Shown: positions 25,203 to 35,647, counted from the stretch's first letter. The stretch is DNA of 64,000 bases from Lachnospiraceae bacterium (GCA_016283575.1 JAEEND010000027.1:2711-66710); one strand, 5' to 3'. Program-made: numbers and translations. Notes: generated by a model not told the origin, from the letters alone.

Positions 25203-27611
25203 TCAAGATAGAATAAGCTTCTCCTTGGGCAGATGCTTCAAGAGTATCTTCTGCACTTCGGTGGCGGAGAAGGGCTTTGATAAGTAGTCCGCAAAACCTT
25301 CGTCCATGTACTCTTCCTTGGCGCCCGTTACGGCATTGGCTGTAAGCATGATGACAGGAGTCTTCTTGTTGGGATTATCCTTCATGGCTTTCAATTCATG
25401 GAAGGTTTCGATACCGTCTTTAACAGGCATCATGTGGTCTAAGAGAATCGCGTCGTAGGTATTTTCTTTTATAAGAGCAAGGGCTTCGTCACCGGAACCT
25501 GCGGTATCGATCTGAATCTCGGTTTTTTTAAGTAAACTCACAGCCACCTTTAAGTTTACTTTTATATCATCAACCACAAGGATACGGGCATCGGGAGCTT
25601 TGAAATAATCCTTTCTTTCTTCTCCCTTCTCGCGCTCTTCGGTCTTGATCCTCTCGATCTTTTCCGATCCCACAGGGGTCTCGGGGATGACTACAGTGAA
25701 TACGGAGCCACTTCCGTAGGTGCTTTCAACACTAATGGTACCGTTCATCATCTTCACGAACTGAGTACAGATGGCAAGGCCGAGACCGGTGCCTTCGATA
25801 TGCTTGTTTCTTTCTTCATCAAGGCGCTGGAAGGCATCAAAGAGCTTTGCCTGATCTTCTTCGCGGATGCCCATACCGGTATCGGAAACCACGAATTTGA
25901 GATAGAATCTTCCGTCGGTATACTGTCCCGAAACATTCAGTCCCACCTTGCCCGATTCGGTATATTTTACCGCATTTGTAAGAAGATTCATGATCACCTG
26001 CTGGATGCGGACTTCGTCACCTATATATTTAAGAGGCAGGTTTTCGTCAACTTCGAATACGATCTTTAAGTCTTTGTTGCCCACTCTGCTCTTTATCATC
26101 TGATAGAGATTCTGGAGCACATGACGGAGATTATATTCACTGATCACAAGATCCATCTTGCCGGATTCAAGCTTTGAAAAATCGAGGATATCATTGATGA
26201 GGGATACAAGAAGGTGTCCCGCCTGTTCAACATCCGTCGCATAATTAATTATATTTTCGTCCTTACATTCACGTAAAATCGCTTCATTGAGTCCGAGGAT
26301 CGCGTTAATAGGCGTCCTTATTTCATGGGACATATTGGCAAGGAATGCGGATTTTGACTCCGCGACTCTAAGCGCCGCCCTCTTTTCAGTATTTAGTTTA
26401 AGGAATACTGATGTGGAATGTACGAATGCAAAAAGCATTAAGATTGCCACACCGCTCATTAAGTACATACCGTTGGAATTGCCGCGGTGCACCGCAAATT
26501 CTATCATCTGTGCGATTCCAAGGAGCGCTACTATACCATAGCCCACCGCAATGCCAAAATAGTCTTTTAAATAGCCCTTCTTTTTATCCTTTAGGCAGAT
26601 ATAAAATACGATTCCGAAGGATATATAACAGAATATCATGACGCCGGTCACGTGCTCCGCCATGTCGGAAATACGCAGAGCCTGAAGGGTCACTAACACG
26701 CCTAAATATGTGAAGCACACGAATTCATAGATCCCAAGCTCCACGGAGTAGCGTTTCTTGGTAAGTGAATTAAAATACATGGATAAAGAAACGCAGAAAA
26801 GTAGCTGTGCCATGGGCGGCACAATACTTGCAGCCTTATAATTTACAAAAAGAATGTCTCTGAAATCGGATTGGGTCATATCCCATAAAGAGATCAAGAA
26901 TAACGCCCATCCGATATGGTCTAACTGAATATCGTTTTTTGATGCGATACGTACGGCCATGCCGAGGATCGCAGCCATGATGCCGATGATCCCGAATATC
27001 AGGGAGAAGCCAAAGGACCAGATATCATTTCTTAAGATATTTGATACAAGAGTCGCGGTATCCCCAAAGAATATTTCGGAAAAATAACGTCTTCCGTCGG
27101 ACTGTGAAAATCCGTCGATCACTACTTCTTTTCCACTGTCTTCATCGAAAAGCTCCACCAGAACATAATGGCTTGTGGCTTCTTTTCTATAGATTCCGGT
27201 GTCTCTGTTTATAACTTCTTTTCTAAGCTCTCCGTCAATATATATCTTTAAATCCTGGTGGGATACCCGCATGGAGAACCAGTCATGGTCCGAAACTTCG
27301 TCGGGAATTATGGTTTTGATGCTTACTTTTTCTCCCGCACTTGCAGGTACGTAAACAGGAAGGTCAACGGTTTCCGCAGCATCGGCTCTTCCTTCTACCG
27401 TAACTTGCCACTCTGCTGACAGGATTTCCGCATGCTGGTTCGCAATGATGCTGTCATCACCCTTCGTACGCGTGCTCCAATAAATGAAAAAAAGCAAAGT
27501 CAGCACAAAAATAAAGGAAAGAGTCTCGGGAATCTCCCGAAACCACATCCCGTATTTTCGATTTGTCTTTGCCAGAAAAACATTTATCTTCTTCGCGTAA
27601 TTATGAGACAT
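25203..27611 (-). CDS. Hybrid sensor histidine kinase/response regulator with extracytoplasmic domain and 7-TM sensor region
   Basis: HisKA FLANMSHEIRTPINAILG; HATPase DTGMGI..GTGLGLAI; receiver ILVVDDIKVNL..LLDHMMPVKDG..LTANA. The N-terminal half has one TM segment, a ~170-aa loop and about 7 further TM segments. Confidence 0.9.
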   Translation of the reverse strand: MSHNYAKKINVFLAKTNRKYGMWFREIPETLSFIFVLTLLFFIYWSTRTKGDDSIIANQHAEILSAEWQVTVEGRADAAETVDLPVYVPASAGEKVSIKTIIPDEVSDHDWFSMRVSHQDLKIYIDGELRKEVINRDTGIYRKEATSHYVLVELFDEDSGKEVVIDGFSQSDGRRYFSEIFFGDTATLVSNILRNDIWSFGFSLIFGIIGIMAAILGMAVRIASKNDIQLDHIGWALFLISLWDMTQSDFRDILFVNYKAASIVPPMAQLLFCVSLSMYFNSLTKKRYSVELGIYEFVCFTYLGVLVTLQALRISDMAEHVTGVMIFCYISFGIVFYICLKDKKKGYLKDYFGIAVGYGIVALLGIAQMIEFAVHRGNSNGMYLMSGVAILMLFAFVHSTSVFLKLNTEKRAALRVAESKSAFLANMSHEIRTPINAILGLNEAILRECKDENIINYATDVEQAGHLLVSLINDILDFSKLESGKMDLVISEYNLRHVLQNLYQMIKSRVGNKDLKIVFEVDENLPLKYIGDEVRIQQVIMNLLTNAVKYTESGKVGLNVSGQYTDGRFYLKFVVSDTGMGIREEDQAKLFDAFQRLDEERNKHIEGTGLGLAICTQFVKMMNGTISVESTYGSGSVFTVVIPETPVGSEKIERIKTEEREKGEERKDYFKAPDARILVVDDIKVNLKVAVSLLKKTEIQIDTAGSGDEALALIKENTYDAILLDHMMPVKDGIETFHELKAMKDNPNKKTPVIMLTANAVTGAKEEYMDEGFADYLSKPFSATEVQKILLKHLPKEKLILS

Positions 27612-27818
27612 GCCATTCCACCCTCGGTCTAAAGTAACATCATTCTACCCATTTCAAGTAAACGCAAGATTAAACTTCTTTGGGGGTGGCGGGTGGAACA
27701 GTCGCTTTTTCAGCACGCTCGCGCTTATGTTCTCACGTAACCACGCTAAGCGAGAGCGGGTTGAAGATGCTTGATACTGCCGGCAGGCCGGAGATGTTCA
27801 CTTGGCAGGTTTTCGCAG

Positions 27819-29582
27819 TTACGCTTCGTACTGGAGCTTGTAGAGCTCGTAGTATGCGCCCTTCTTATCCAGGAGCTCAAAGTGGTTGCCGCTTTCGATG
27901 ATGCGGCCCTTGGAGATCACGTAGATCTTGTCGGCATGCTGGATGGTTGAGAGACGGTGAGCCACCATGATGGTGGTACGGTCCTTCATAAGCTTTTCGA
28001 GAGCGTCCTGGATGAGGATTTCAGTCTCGGTGTCGATGTTGGCGGTAGCTTCGTCAAGCACCAGGATTCCCGGCTTGTGAGCAAGTGTTCTTGCAAAAGA
28101 AAGAAGCTGCTTTTCTCCTGTTGAGAAGGTGGCGCCACGCTCAGACACAGGTTCATCATATTTACGCGGAAGCTTTTCTATAAAGTGTGAAGCGTTTACA
28201 TGTTTAGCCGCTGTTTCTATTTCCTCGTCGGTAATGTAATCATCGTAGAGCCTGATATTACTCTTAATGGTACCTTCAAATATCAGCACATCCTGCTGCA
28301 TCTGGCCGATAAACCTGCGAAGATCCGACTTTTTCAAATCTCTTATATCCACATCATCGATGTAAATATTTCCCTTCTGCACGTCATAGTATCTTCCGAT
28401 AAGGTTAAGAATCGATGTCTTTCCAGCGCCGGTAGCTCCTACAAAGGCAATCTTCTGTCCGGGCTCTATGATAAAAGAAACATCTCTTAACACATAATTT
28501 TCATCATCATAAGCAAACCATACATGTGAGAATTCAATCTTTCCCTTTAAATCCTTAAGTTCCACAGGATTTTCTTTTTCAGGAATCTTTGCTTCCTCAT
28601 CGAGGATTGTAAAAATCTTCTCGGCAGAGGCAAGTGAAGACTGGAGAGTCGCAAAGTGCTCCGCAAGCTCCTGGATGGGATCGAAGAAGGACTGAATGTA
28701 CTGGGCAAAGATGTAAAGAGTTCCGACGGAGATGGTTTCACTCAACACTTCCCTGCCGCCGATGCTTAAAACTATCATAAGAGACAGAATGCTGCTTATA
28801 TAAATAAGTGGTCTGAAGGTTGCATAAACCATGATTTCGTTAAAAGAAGCCTTCAGAAATCTCTTGCTCTTATCATCAAATTCTTCGTATTTACGCTCTT
28901 CCCTGCCGAATATCTGGATAATCTTCATGCCGGTTATATTTTCAGAAAGAAAAGTATTTAAGTCAGTAAGACGGGCTCTTGACACTCGGAATGCCTTTCT
29001 TGAAAAATACCTGAGTAATCCTGTCAAAAGAACGACAAAAGGCAAAAGCACAAATGAAAACAGAGCAAGCTTATAGTCAAGTGTCAGCATTATAACTGCA
29101 AGGCCTATGATGTATACGATGTTTCTAAATAGCTTTACCAGGATGCCTGAATACATTTCTTCAAGAGCGTCAACGTCGTTGGTCACTCTTGTTACAAGCT
29201 TTCCAACAGGTGTCAGGTCAAAGAAACGGCTTGATAATGACTGAATGTGAAGATATATTTCTTTTCTGATTCCAAAAATAATCTTCTGTCCGGTTTTCTG
29301 TAAGATCCACCCCTGCCAGAGATCGCATATTACGCCTATTACAAGGACGATTCCGTACTTGATTACTGTTGCTGTAAGCTCTGAAGGCTGGCCCTTTTCT
29401 TTAAAAAGGTTGATGGCATCGCCGATGAAGATAGGCCTTAAGAGCTCAGTGCCGGTAAGTATCATAACAAGCACAAGGCTTATGCCAAACCAGTGTAGAT
29501 GGGGCTTCGTATAGGTAAGAAGCCTGAAAAGGGCATTACCGTTAAAGGAGGATTCTGTTTTATCATCATTAAAATTACTCAT
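27819..29582 (-). CDS. ABC exporter, fused permease/ATPase (subunit with canonical Walker B and degenerate signature)
   Basis: Walker A GATGAGKTS, signature FSTGEKQ (degenerate), Walker B ILVLDEATANID. Confidence 0.9.
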   Translation of the reverse strand: MSNFNDDKTESSFNGNALFRLLTYTKPHLHWFGISLVLVMILTGTELLRPIFIGDAINLFKEKGQPSELTATVIKYGIVLVIGVICDLWQGWILQKTGQKIIFGIRKEIYLHIQSLSSRFFDLTPVGKLVTRVTNDVDALEEMYSGILVKLFRNIVYIIGLAVIMLTLDYKLALFSFVLLPFVVLLTGLLRYFSRKAFRVSRARLTDLNTFLSENITGMKIIQIFGREERKYEEFDDKSKRFLKASFNEIMVYATFRPLIYISSILSLMIVLSIGGREVLSETISVGTLYIFAQYIQSFFDPIQELAEHFATLQSSLASAEKIFTILDEEAKIPEKENPVELKDLKGKIEFSHVWFAYDDENYVLRDVSFIIEPGQKIAFVGATGAGKTSILNLIGRYYDVQKGNIYIDDVDIRDLKKSDLRRFIGQMQQDVLIFEGTIKSNIRLYDDYITDEEIETAAKHVNASHFIEKLPRKYDEPVSERGATFSTGEKQLLSFARTLAHKPGILVLDEATANIDTETEILIQDALEKLMKDRTTIMVAHRLSTIQHADKIYVISKGRIIESGNHFELLDKKGAYYELYKLQYEA

Positions 29583-31360
29583 AGTTCGGTAAGCTCCTTT
29601 TCCAATTGCTGCTTATCAAAAATCTTTTTATAAAATCCGCCAAGGTTAAGTAACTCTTCGTGGGTACCGTATTCTGTGATCTCACCGTCATTTAATACAG
29701 CTATATGATCAGCCTTTGACAATGTGGATATTCTGTGGGCAATGACGATGGTGGTCTTATCCTTACGAAGTTCCATAATATTACTAAGAATCTGCTCTTC
29801 AGTGTCCGTATCAACTGCAGACAAAGAATCGTCCAATATCAGTATTGCAGCGTCCTTAAGAAGGGCTCTCGCTATGGAGCTTCGCTGCTTCTGTCCGCCG
29901 GAAAGAGTCACTCCGCGCTCTCCTACCACTGTCTGGTATTTATCAGGAAATGTATTGATATTTTCATCTATGCAGGCAGCCTTAGCCGCTTTAACCACCA
30001 GTTCTCTCAATTCCGGGCGGTCAGAAACCTTGTCTTCAAGGCCGAATGCAATATTTTCTTCGAGAGTATCCGAAAAAAGAAAGTTATCCTGGGGAACATA
30101 TGCCACATCACGCCTTAAAACCGCCAGTGGAATCTCATCGATAGGAGTTCCGTCTAAGAGAAGCGTTCCCTTTTCACAGTCAAACACACGAAGTAAAAGA
30201 TCTGAAAGAGAGCTCTTACCACTGCCCGTGCGTCCGAGGATACCAAGCATCTCACCCTGCTTAATATCTAAGTTAATATTCTTAAGTACCGGGGTGTCGC
30301 CATCGGGATACTGAAATGTAAGATCCTTAAAAGAAACTTCACCCTTTAATTCTGACACGTTATTTTCTTTTTCCGAATCTAAGATATCCGGGCTTTCATC
30401 GAAAATCTTGCTGATACGCACGTACGATGCGTAGGCCTGGGAAAAGATATTAATGCAGTCGCCAACTGCGATCATGGGCCATACCAGCATGCCGATGTAT
30501 GAGTTAAATGCAACGTACTGGCCAATGGTAATGGTGCCCTTTAATACCATGTTTCCTCCGAAAAGAAGGGACAGCATCATGCTGATACCGATTACAAGTT
30601 CAAGAAGAGGAATAAACTGAATACGAAGCTTAACCACGGAAAGATTCTTTTTCATGCAGTCTTCGCTGCTCTTTTCAAATGACTTAAAATCCGCTTCTTC
30701 CTGCACAAAGGCTTTGATAACGCGGATTCCTGCCATACTTTCCTGGACCTTATCGGAAAGAGCGGAGAAAGCGTTCTGCTTAGCTTCCATGCGGACTTCC
30801 ACTACTTTACCGTACACGTAACATCCGAATGCAATGAGAATCATAGGGACGAAAGCTAAGAGTGTAAGGTTAAAGTTTACGTAGAGTACCATCTTCACAA
30901 GCACCATGACAGTCATGATAAAGCCGTCAAATACCGTGATGACAGCCCAGCCTGTAGCTTCTCTTATGGCATTTAAGTCATTGGTAAAATGAGCCATCAG
31001 GTCACCGGTTTTATGGGCGTTAAAGAATCGCGCGGAAAGGGACTCAAGATGCCCGAACATAGCTCCTCGCAGTTCATACTGAATCTTTCTTGAGGAACCT
31101 AAAATAAAATATCTCCATCCGAAGCGGCCTACCATAATTATGATGCCGAGGATAAAAATCTTAAGCACAATATCGGATAAGTCTTTTACGGAAAACAAAG
31201 GATTCTCTGCAAGGCCGTCAATGATCTCCGCAGTGAACTGGGGCACATATATGTTGGTAAGGTCCACCATAAGAAGGAGCAATATACCCATGGTATATGC
31301 CGGCAGGTGTCTTAATATATATTTTGACATTCTGAAATCGTTATTTTTATTTCGGGTCAT
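29579..31360 (-). CDS. ABC exporter, fused permease/ATPase (subunit with canonical signature; Walker B followed by Asp instead of Glu)
   Basis: Walker A GRTGSGKSS, signature LSGGQKQR, Walker B ILILDDSLSAVD. It overlaps the downstream partner by 4 nt. Confidence 0.9.
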   Translation of the reverse strand: MTRNKNNDFRMSKYILRHLPAYTMGILLLLMVDLTNIYVPQFTAEIIDGLAENPLFSVKDLSDIVLKIFILGIIIMVGRFGWRYFILGSSRKIQYELRGAMFGHLESLSARFFNAHKTGDLMAHFTNDLNAIREATGWAVITVFDGFIMTVMVLVKMVLYVNFNLTLLAFVPMILIAFGCYVYGKVVEVRMEAKQNAFSALSDKVQESMAGIRVIKAFVQEEADFKSFEKSSEDCMKKNLSVVKLRIQFIPLLELVIGISMMLSLLFGGNMVLKGTITIGQYVAFNSYIGMLVWPMIAVGDCINIFSQAYASYVRISKIFDESPDILDSEKENNVSELKGEVSFKDLTFQYPDGDTPVLKNINLDIKQGEMLGILGRTGSGKSSLSDLLLRVFDCEKGTLLLDGTPIDEIPLAVLRRDVAYVPQDNFLFSDTLEENIAFGLEDKVSDRPELRELVVKAAKAACIDENINTFPDKYQTVVGERGVTLSGGQKQRSSIARALLKDAAILILDDSLSAVDTDTEEQILSNIMELRKDKTTIVIAHRISTLSKADHIAVLNDGEITEYGTHEELLNLGGFYKKIFDKQQLEKELTEL

Positions 31361-31383
31361 GTTGTTTTTCCATTCTGTGTTTA

Positions 31384-32337
31384 CTATTTAAAAATCTCAT
31401 CTACAAGAGCATTTAATTCCTCGAAGGTTTCAAGCTCGTTGATTCTCTTACGTAGATGAGCGGCGCCTTCGACACCCTTCACATACCAGGACAGGTGCTT
31501 ACGCATTTCCCGGATTCCGATGTATTCTCCCTTATATTCAAGCTGCATGGCACCGTGACGAAGGATTACTTTTTTTATCTCTTCTTTTTCCGGGGCTTTA
31601 TATTCTTCACCATTAAGATAAGCATTTATTTCTTTAAAAATAAAGGGATTTCCCTGAGCCGCGCGGCCCACCATGACGGCGTCGCAGCCTGTTTCTTTTA
31701 ACATTCTTTCAGCGGAAGGTCCATCCACCACATCACCGTTTCCGATGACGGGAATCTTTACTGTTTCTTTTACCCTGCGGATTATATCCCAGTCGGCAGT
31801 GCCTGAATAAAACTGCTCCCTGGTGCGGCCGTGAACCGCAACTGCCGATGCGCCGGCTTCTTCCGCGACATGAGCGATTTCCGGAGCATTTATGAGGCTG
31901 TCGTTAAAGCCCTTACGTATCTTTACCGTGACCGGCTTATCTATCGCCTTCACGATTGCATTTACGATCTTATATACAAGCTCCGGCTCCTTCATGAGAT
32001 AAGAGCCTTCGTGATTATTTACGATCTTGGGCACGGGACATCCCATGTTGATATCTAAGATGTCAAAGGGCCTGTCTTCAATGCGCTTTGCGATTTCCGA
32101 CATTATCAAAGGGTCCGAGCCAAAAAGCTGCAGTGACACCGGGCCTTCCGTCGGGTGTATAGCCATGAGCTCTTCGGTGTTTTTATTGTTATAAAGAATC
32201 GCTTTGGCGCTGATCATTTCCATTGAAGTCATGCCGGCGCCGTATTCCCTACATAACACGCGAAATGGCAGGTCTGATACGCCTGCCATGGGAGCTAATA
32301 TTACGTTGTTTTTTAATATTACATTACCGATGTTCAT
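31384..32337 (-). CDS. tRNA-dihydrouridine synthase
   Basis: 317 aa with LAPMAGVSDLPFR, DINMGCP, KIR.G and VHGRTR motifs of the Dus family. Confidence 0.88.
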   Translation of the reverse strand: MNIGNVILKNNVILAPMAGVSDLPFRVLCREYGAGMTSMEMISAKAILYNNKNTEELMAIHPTEGPVSLQLFGSDPLIMSEIAKRIEDRPFDILDINMGCPVPKIVNNHEGSYLMKEPELVYKIVNAIVKAIDKPVTVKIRKGFNDSLINAPEIAHVAEEAGASAVAVHGRTREQFYSGTADWDIIRRVKETVKIPVIGNGDVVDGPSAERMLKETGCDAVMVGRAAQGNPFIFKEINAYLNGEEYKAPEKEEIKKVILRHGAMQLEYKGEYIGIREMRKHLSWYVKGVEGAAHLRKRINELETFEELNALVDEIFK

Positions 32338-32381
32338 TTAAAAACCGTTTCTGTCTGTTACAATTCGTTGAATTGAAGCAC

Positions 32382-32445
32382 CCGGTAATAAACCGCGTCG
32401 CGCTTTATTACCGGTCGATTGTTTATTCCTTTCGGATTATCAATC
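32382..32445. repeat. Two AT-clamped hairpins, same family as 2002-2119
   Basis: ccggtaataaaccgcg-tc-gcgctttattaccgg (32382-32414) closely resembles the 2002-2028 unit, including the following ..cggtcgat. A second weaker hairpin lies at 32417-32445. Confidence 0.7.
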
Positions 32446-32449
32446 CTAT

Positions 32450-33226
32450 CTATCTCTTTTTCTCGTTCTTCCTGTAGATTATGTTGAGACCATCAAGGGT
32501 GAGGCCGGGATCATATATGTCTATAAGCTTTGTTTCTTCGGAGATAAGGCGTCCGAGACCTCCTGTAGATACTACCTTTAAGTCCTTTAAGCCCGCTTCA
32601 TTTTTTACCTGATTAATGATGTACTCAGTCTGTCCGATCTGACCGTACACAAGACCTGCCTGCATGGAAGAAATAGTTTCTTTTGCAAGTATGGAAGCAG
32701 GCTTCTTAATCTCGATTTCAGGCAGTTTTGCCGTATCTTCCCACAGGGCTTTTGCGGAAATTCTGATGCCGGGAGCAGTGATACCTGCCTGGAATCCGCC
32801 TTCTTTTGATACTAAATCGTAGGTTGTGGCGGTGCCAAAGTCGATAACAAGCACGGGGCCGCCGTATTTTTCGAAAGCGGCAACCGCATCCACGATTCTG
32901 TCCGCACCGATCTCTCTGGGATTTTCCGTTTCGATCCTGATGCCGGTTTTTGTGCCGGGACCCACTTCCATGGGAGTGATCTTGAGATATTTCTTGATGG
33001 CGCCCACAAGGGAGTGCATGACATTGGGCACTACGGTTGCGATTATCGCGCCGGTAAGGGACTCAACTTCCACACCGTTTCTGTCAAGAAGGCCTGTGAT
33101 CATCATTCCGTACTCATCGGAAGTGCGCTGCACCTTACTCATCATTCTGAAGGTGGCTGCAAGTTTATCTCCATCAAAAACACCAAAGGTTATATTGGTA
33201 TTACCTACATCAACTACTAAAATCAT
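32450..33226 (-). CDS. coaX: Type III pantothenate kinase
   Basis: 258 aa with [24 protein letters not shown] and GADR motifs. Confidence 0.9.
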   Translation of the reverse strand: MILVVDVGNTNITFGVFDGDKLAATFRMMSKVQRTSDEYGMMITGLLDRNGVEVESLTGAIIATVVPNVMHSLVGAIKKYLKITPMEVGPGTKTGIRIETENPREIGADRIVDAVAAFEKYGGPVLVIDFGTATTYDLVSKEGGFQAGITAPGIRISAKALWEDTAKLPEIEIKKPASILAKETISSMQAGLVYGQIGQTEYIINQVKNEAGLKDLKVVSTGGLGRLISEETKLIDIYDPGLTLDGLNIIYRKNEKKR

Positions 33227-33241
33227 CTGTTAATCCTCGCA

Positions 33242-33580
33242 TTATTCTTCATCAAGCTTGATATCTTCTTTTAACACAAAGGCTCTGTAAAAGAGGCTTA
33301 ATGACTCAAGAAGCTCCTGCTTCGTCGCGCGGATCTTACTTACAAGCAATCCGCTTGCAATATCGTCATAGAGATAGTCTTCGTCAGCGGCTCTTGTGGT
33401 GATCTCCAGTTCGCCATCCTCGGAAAAGCCTATGGTGATGATGCCTCCCACTTCCTCGGTAAAAAGAACGCATATGATCTTAAGCTCTTCTTTTATCGAT
33501 TCCGGGATCTTATCAAATAAGGGATTCAAATAATATTTCTGTTCGTAGGAGTTAGCTCCGCAAATTACAACCTGTTCCAT
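33242..33580 (-). CDS. Hypothetical acidic 112-aa protein, translationally coupled to argF
   Basis: The start ATG overlaps the argF stop (TAATG). No recognisable motif was found. Confidence 0.7.
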   Translation of the reverse strand: MEQVVICGANSYEQKYYLNPLFDKIPESIKEELKIICVLFTEEVGGIITIGFSEDGELEITTRAADEDYLYDDIASGLLVSKIRATKQELLESLSLFYRAFVLKEDIKLDEE

Positions 33581-34575
33581 TAATCTTCATATCCTAACGT
33601 AGCTGCCATGACAGCCTTTATTGTATGCATTCTGTTTTCTGCTTCCTGAAATACCAGCGAAGCGGGGGATTCGAATACTTCATCCGTAACTTCCATTTCG
33701 GTGCGTCCAAATTTCTTACCCATTTCCGCGCCGATCTTGGTCTTCATATCGTGGAATGCAGGAAGGCAGTGCATGAAAATAGCGCCTTCGCCAGCATTGT
33801 CCATGATCTTCTTATTTACCTGATAGGGAGAAAGCTTCTCGATACGTTCTTTCCATACTTCATCAGGTTCTCCCATGGATACCCAGACATCGGTGTAGAT
33901 TACATCAACATCCCTTGTTCCTTCCATGGCATCTTCCGTAAGTCTGACTGAACCGCCTGTTGTCTTACAGATTTCCTCGCATGTGTCTACAAGCTCAGGA
34001 TCCGGGAAGTAATCACGGGATGCGCAGGCCGTGAAATGCATGCCCATCTTCGCGCACGTAACCATGAGGGAATTAGCCATATTGTATCTTGAATCTCCCA
34101 TGTATGTAAGCTTTATACCATCAAAATGACCGAAATGTTCTTTTATGGTAAGTAAGTCAGCTAACATCTGGGTGGGATGGAATTCGTTGGTAAGTCCGTT
34201 CCATACGGGTACATCGGAGTACTCGGCAAGTTCTTCCACGATGGACTGTTCAAAGCCTCTGTATTCGATTCCGTCATACATGGATGAAAGCACTCTCGCA
34301 GTATCTGCGATACTTTCTTTTTTACCGATCTGGGAACCGGAGGGATCAAGGTAAGTGGAACCCATGCCAAGATCGTGCGCCGCAACTTCGAACGAGCACC
34401 TTGTGCGGGTGCTCGTCTTTTCAAAAATCAGCGCAACGTTTTTACCTTTAAGCTTATCCGTTAAGATCCCTGCCTTTTTCTTTTTCTTGAAATCAGCGGC
34501 AAGATCCACAAGATAAGCGATTTCATCAGGAGTATAATCCAGTAATTTTAAAAAGTCGCGTCCTTTTAAGTTCAT
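33580..34575 (-). CDS. argF: Ornithine carbamoyltransferase
   Basis: 331 aa with [24 protein letters not shown] and HCLPA motifs. Confidence 0.9.
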   Translation of the reverse strand: MNLKGRDFLKLLDYTPDEIAYLVDLAADFKKKKKAGILTDKLKGKNVALIFEKTSTRTRCSFEVAAHDLGMGSTYLDPSGSQIGKKESIADTARVLSSMYDGIEYRGFEQSIVEELAEYSDVPVWNGLTNEFHPTQMLADLLTIKEHFGHFDGIKLTYMGDSRYNMANSLMVTCAKMGMHFTACASRDYFPDPELVDTCEEICKTTGGSVRLTEDAMEGTRDVDVIYTDVWVSMGEPDEVWKERIEKLSPYQVNKKIMDNAGEGAIFMHCLPAFHDMKTKIGAEMGKKFGRTEMEVTDEVFESPASLVFQEAENRMHTIKAVMAATLGYED

Positions 34576-34585
34576 TTTAACCTCT

Positions 34586-35500
34586 TTATTTCATTGCTTC
34601 TTTTACGCCGGTGGCAACAGATGCAAGGCTCTGGATCTCTGAAGGAATGATGATCTTAGTAGCCTGTCCGTTGGCAGCTTCCTTGAAGGCGTCGTAGCTT
34701 TTAAGTGTAACAACCTGGTCTGTGGAAAGTCCTGCTTCTCTAAGTAAGTTGATGCTGTCGGCTTCAGCTTTCTTCAATGCTCTGATACCGTCTGCTTCAG
34801 CTTCCTTGTGGAGTCTTATGGATTCAGCATGACCTTCTGCTTCTTTTACCAGCTGGATCTTCTGTGCATCAGCTCTGAGAATTGCAGATTCTTTTTCACC
34901 TTCTGCTTTAAGGATGGCGGATTTCTTTTCACCTTCCGCAATAAGGATCTGCTCACGGCGTTCACGCTCTGCCTTCATCTGCTTTTCCATAGCTTCACGG
35001 ATAGCTGTAGGAGGCATGATGTTCTTAACTTCCACACGTCCGACCTTGATTCCCCAAGGGTCCGTTGCGTCATCAAGAACTGTCTGCATCTTTGAATTTA
35101 TGATCTCACGGGATGTGAGTGTTTCATCAAGTTCAAGCTCACCGATGATGTTACGAAGGGTGGTGGCTGTTAAGCTTTCAAGTGCAAGTACGGGATTTTC
35201 AACGCCGTACGCGAAAAGCTTTGAATCAAAAATTCTGTAAAACACAACCGTGTCGATCTGCATTGTAACGTTATCTTTGGTAATAACGGGCTGAGGCGGG
35301 AAGTCCGCAATCTGCTCTTTTAAAGAAACTCTTCTTACGATCCTGTCGATAACAGGGAACTTTACTCTGAAACCTGCATCCCATACTGTATGGAATTTAC
35401 CGAGACGTTCAATTACGTAAGCATGTGTCTGAGGCACAATTCGGATGTTGGGGATGATGATAATACATAAAATAGCAATAATGATAATAACCCAGTGCAT
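34586..35500 (-). CDS. SPFH/band-7 (stomatin-like) membrane protein
   Basis: N-terminal TM segment, then [20 protein letters not shown] and an Ala/Glu-rich coiled tail. The start was set at the ATG at 35500 (GGAG 8 nt upstream); the ORF-track TTG start at 35539 is less likely. Confidence 0.85.
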   Translation of the reverse strand: MHWVIIIIAILCIIIIPNIRIVPQTHAYVIERLGKFHTVWDAGFRVKFPVIDRIVRRVSLKEQIADFPPQPVITKDNVTMQIDTVVFYRIFDSKLFAYGVENPVLALESLTATTLRNIIGELELDETLTSREIINSKMQTVLDDATDPWGIKVGRVEVKNIMPPTAIREAMEKQMKAERERREQILIAEGEKKSAILKAEGEKESAILRADAQKIQLVKEAEGHAESIRLHKEAEADGIRALKKAEADSINLLREAGLSTDQVVTLKSYDAFKEAANGQATKIIIPSEIQSLASVATGVKEAMK

Positions 35501-35545
35501 AATGTTTATCTCCTCTCTTGTGGCGTAGCCACGAACCAAAAAGTA

Positions 35546-35577
35546 TATAATAAACCGCTTCGCGTTTTATTATCGGT
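35546..35577. repeat. AT-clamped hairpin, identical 32-mer to 2001-2032
   Basis: tataataaaccgcttcgcgttttattatcggt occurs verbatim at both loci. A second imperfect hairpin follows (to about 35605). Confidence 0.85.
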
Positions 35578-35647
35578 ATCAGAATGATTCTGTCAGAATC
35601 ACTCTAATTCTAGTATATTTCGCACCAAAAAGAAAGAGTCTGTTTTT

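Noticed and set aside
27680-27901. 73-aa plus-strand ORF in the kinase/ABC spacer
   Set aside because: Its Arg/Ala/Gly-rich sequence is typical of a GC-rich non-coding frame. It has no SD and overlaps the ABC gene end on the opposite strand.
29724-30314. 196-aa antisense ORF inside the ABC exporter gene (similarly 58470-58961, 37517-37930 and 53370-53693 inside other genes)
   Set aside because: They are embedded antisense in CDSs with clear family motifs, and their Ser/Arg-rich or Ile-rich low-complexity translations argue against coding.
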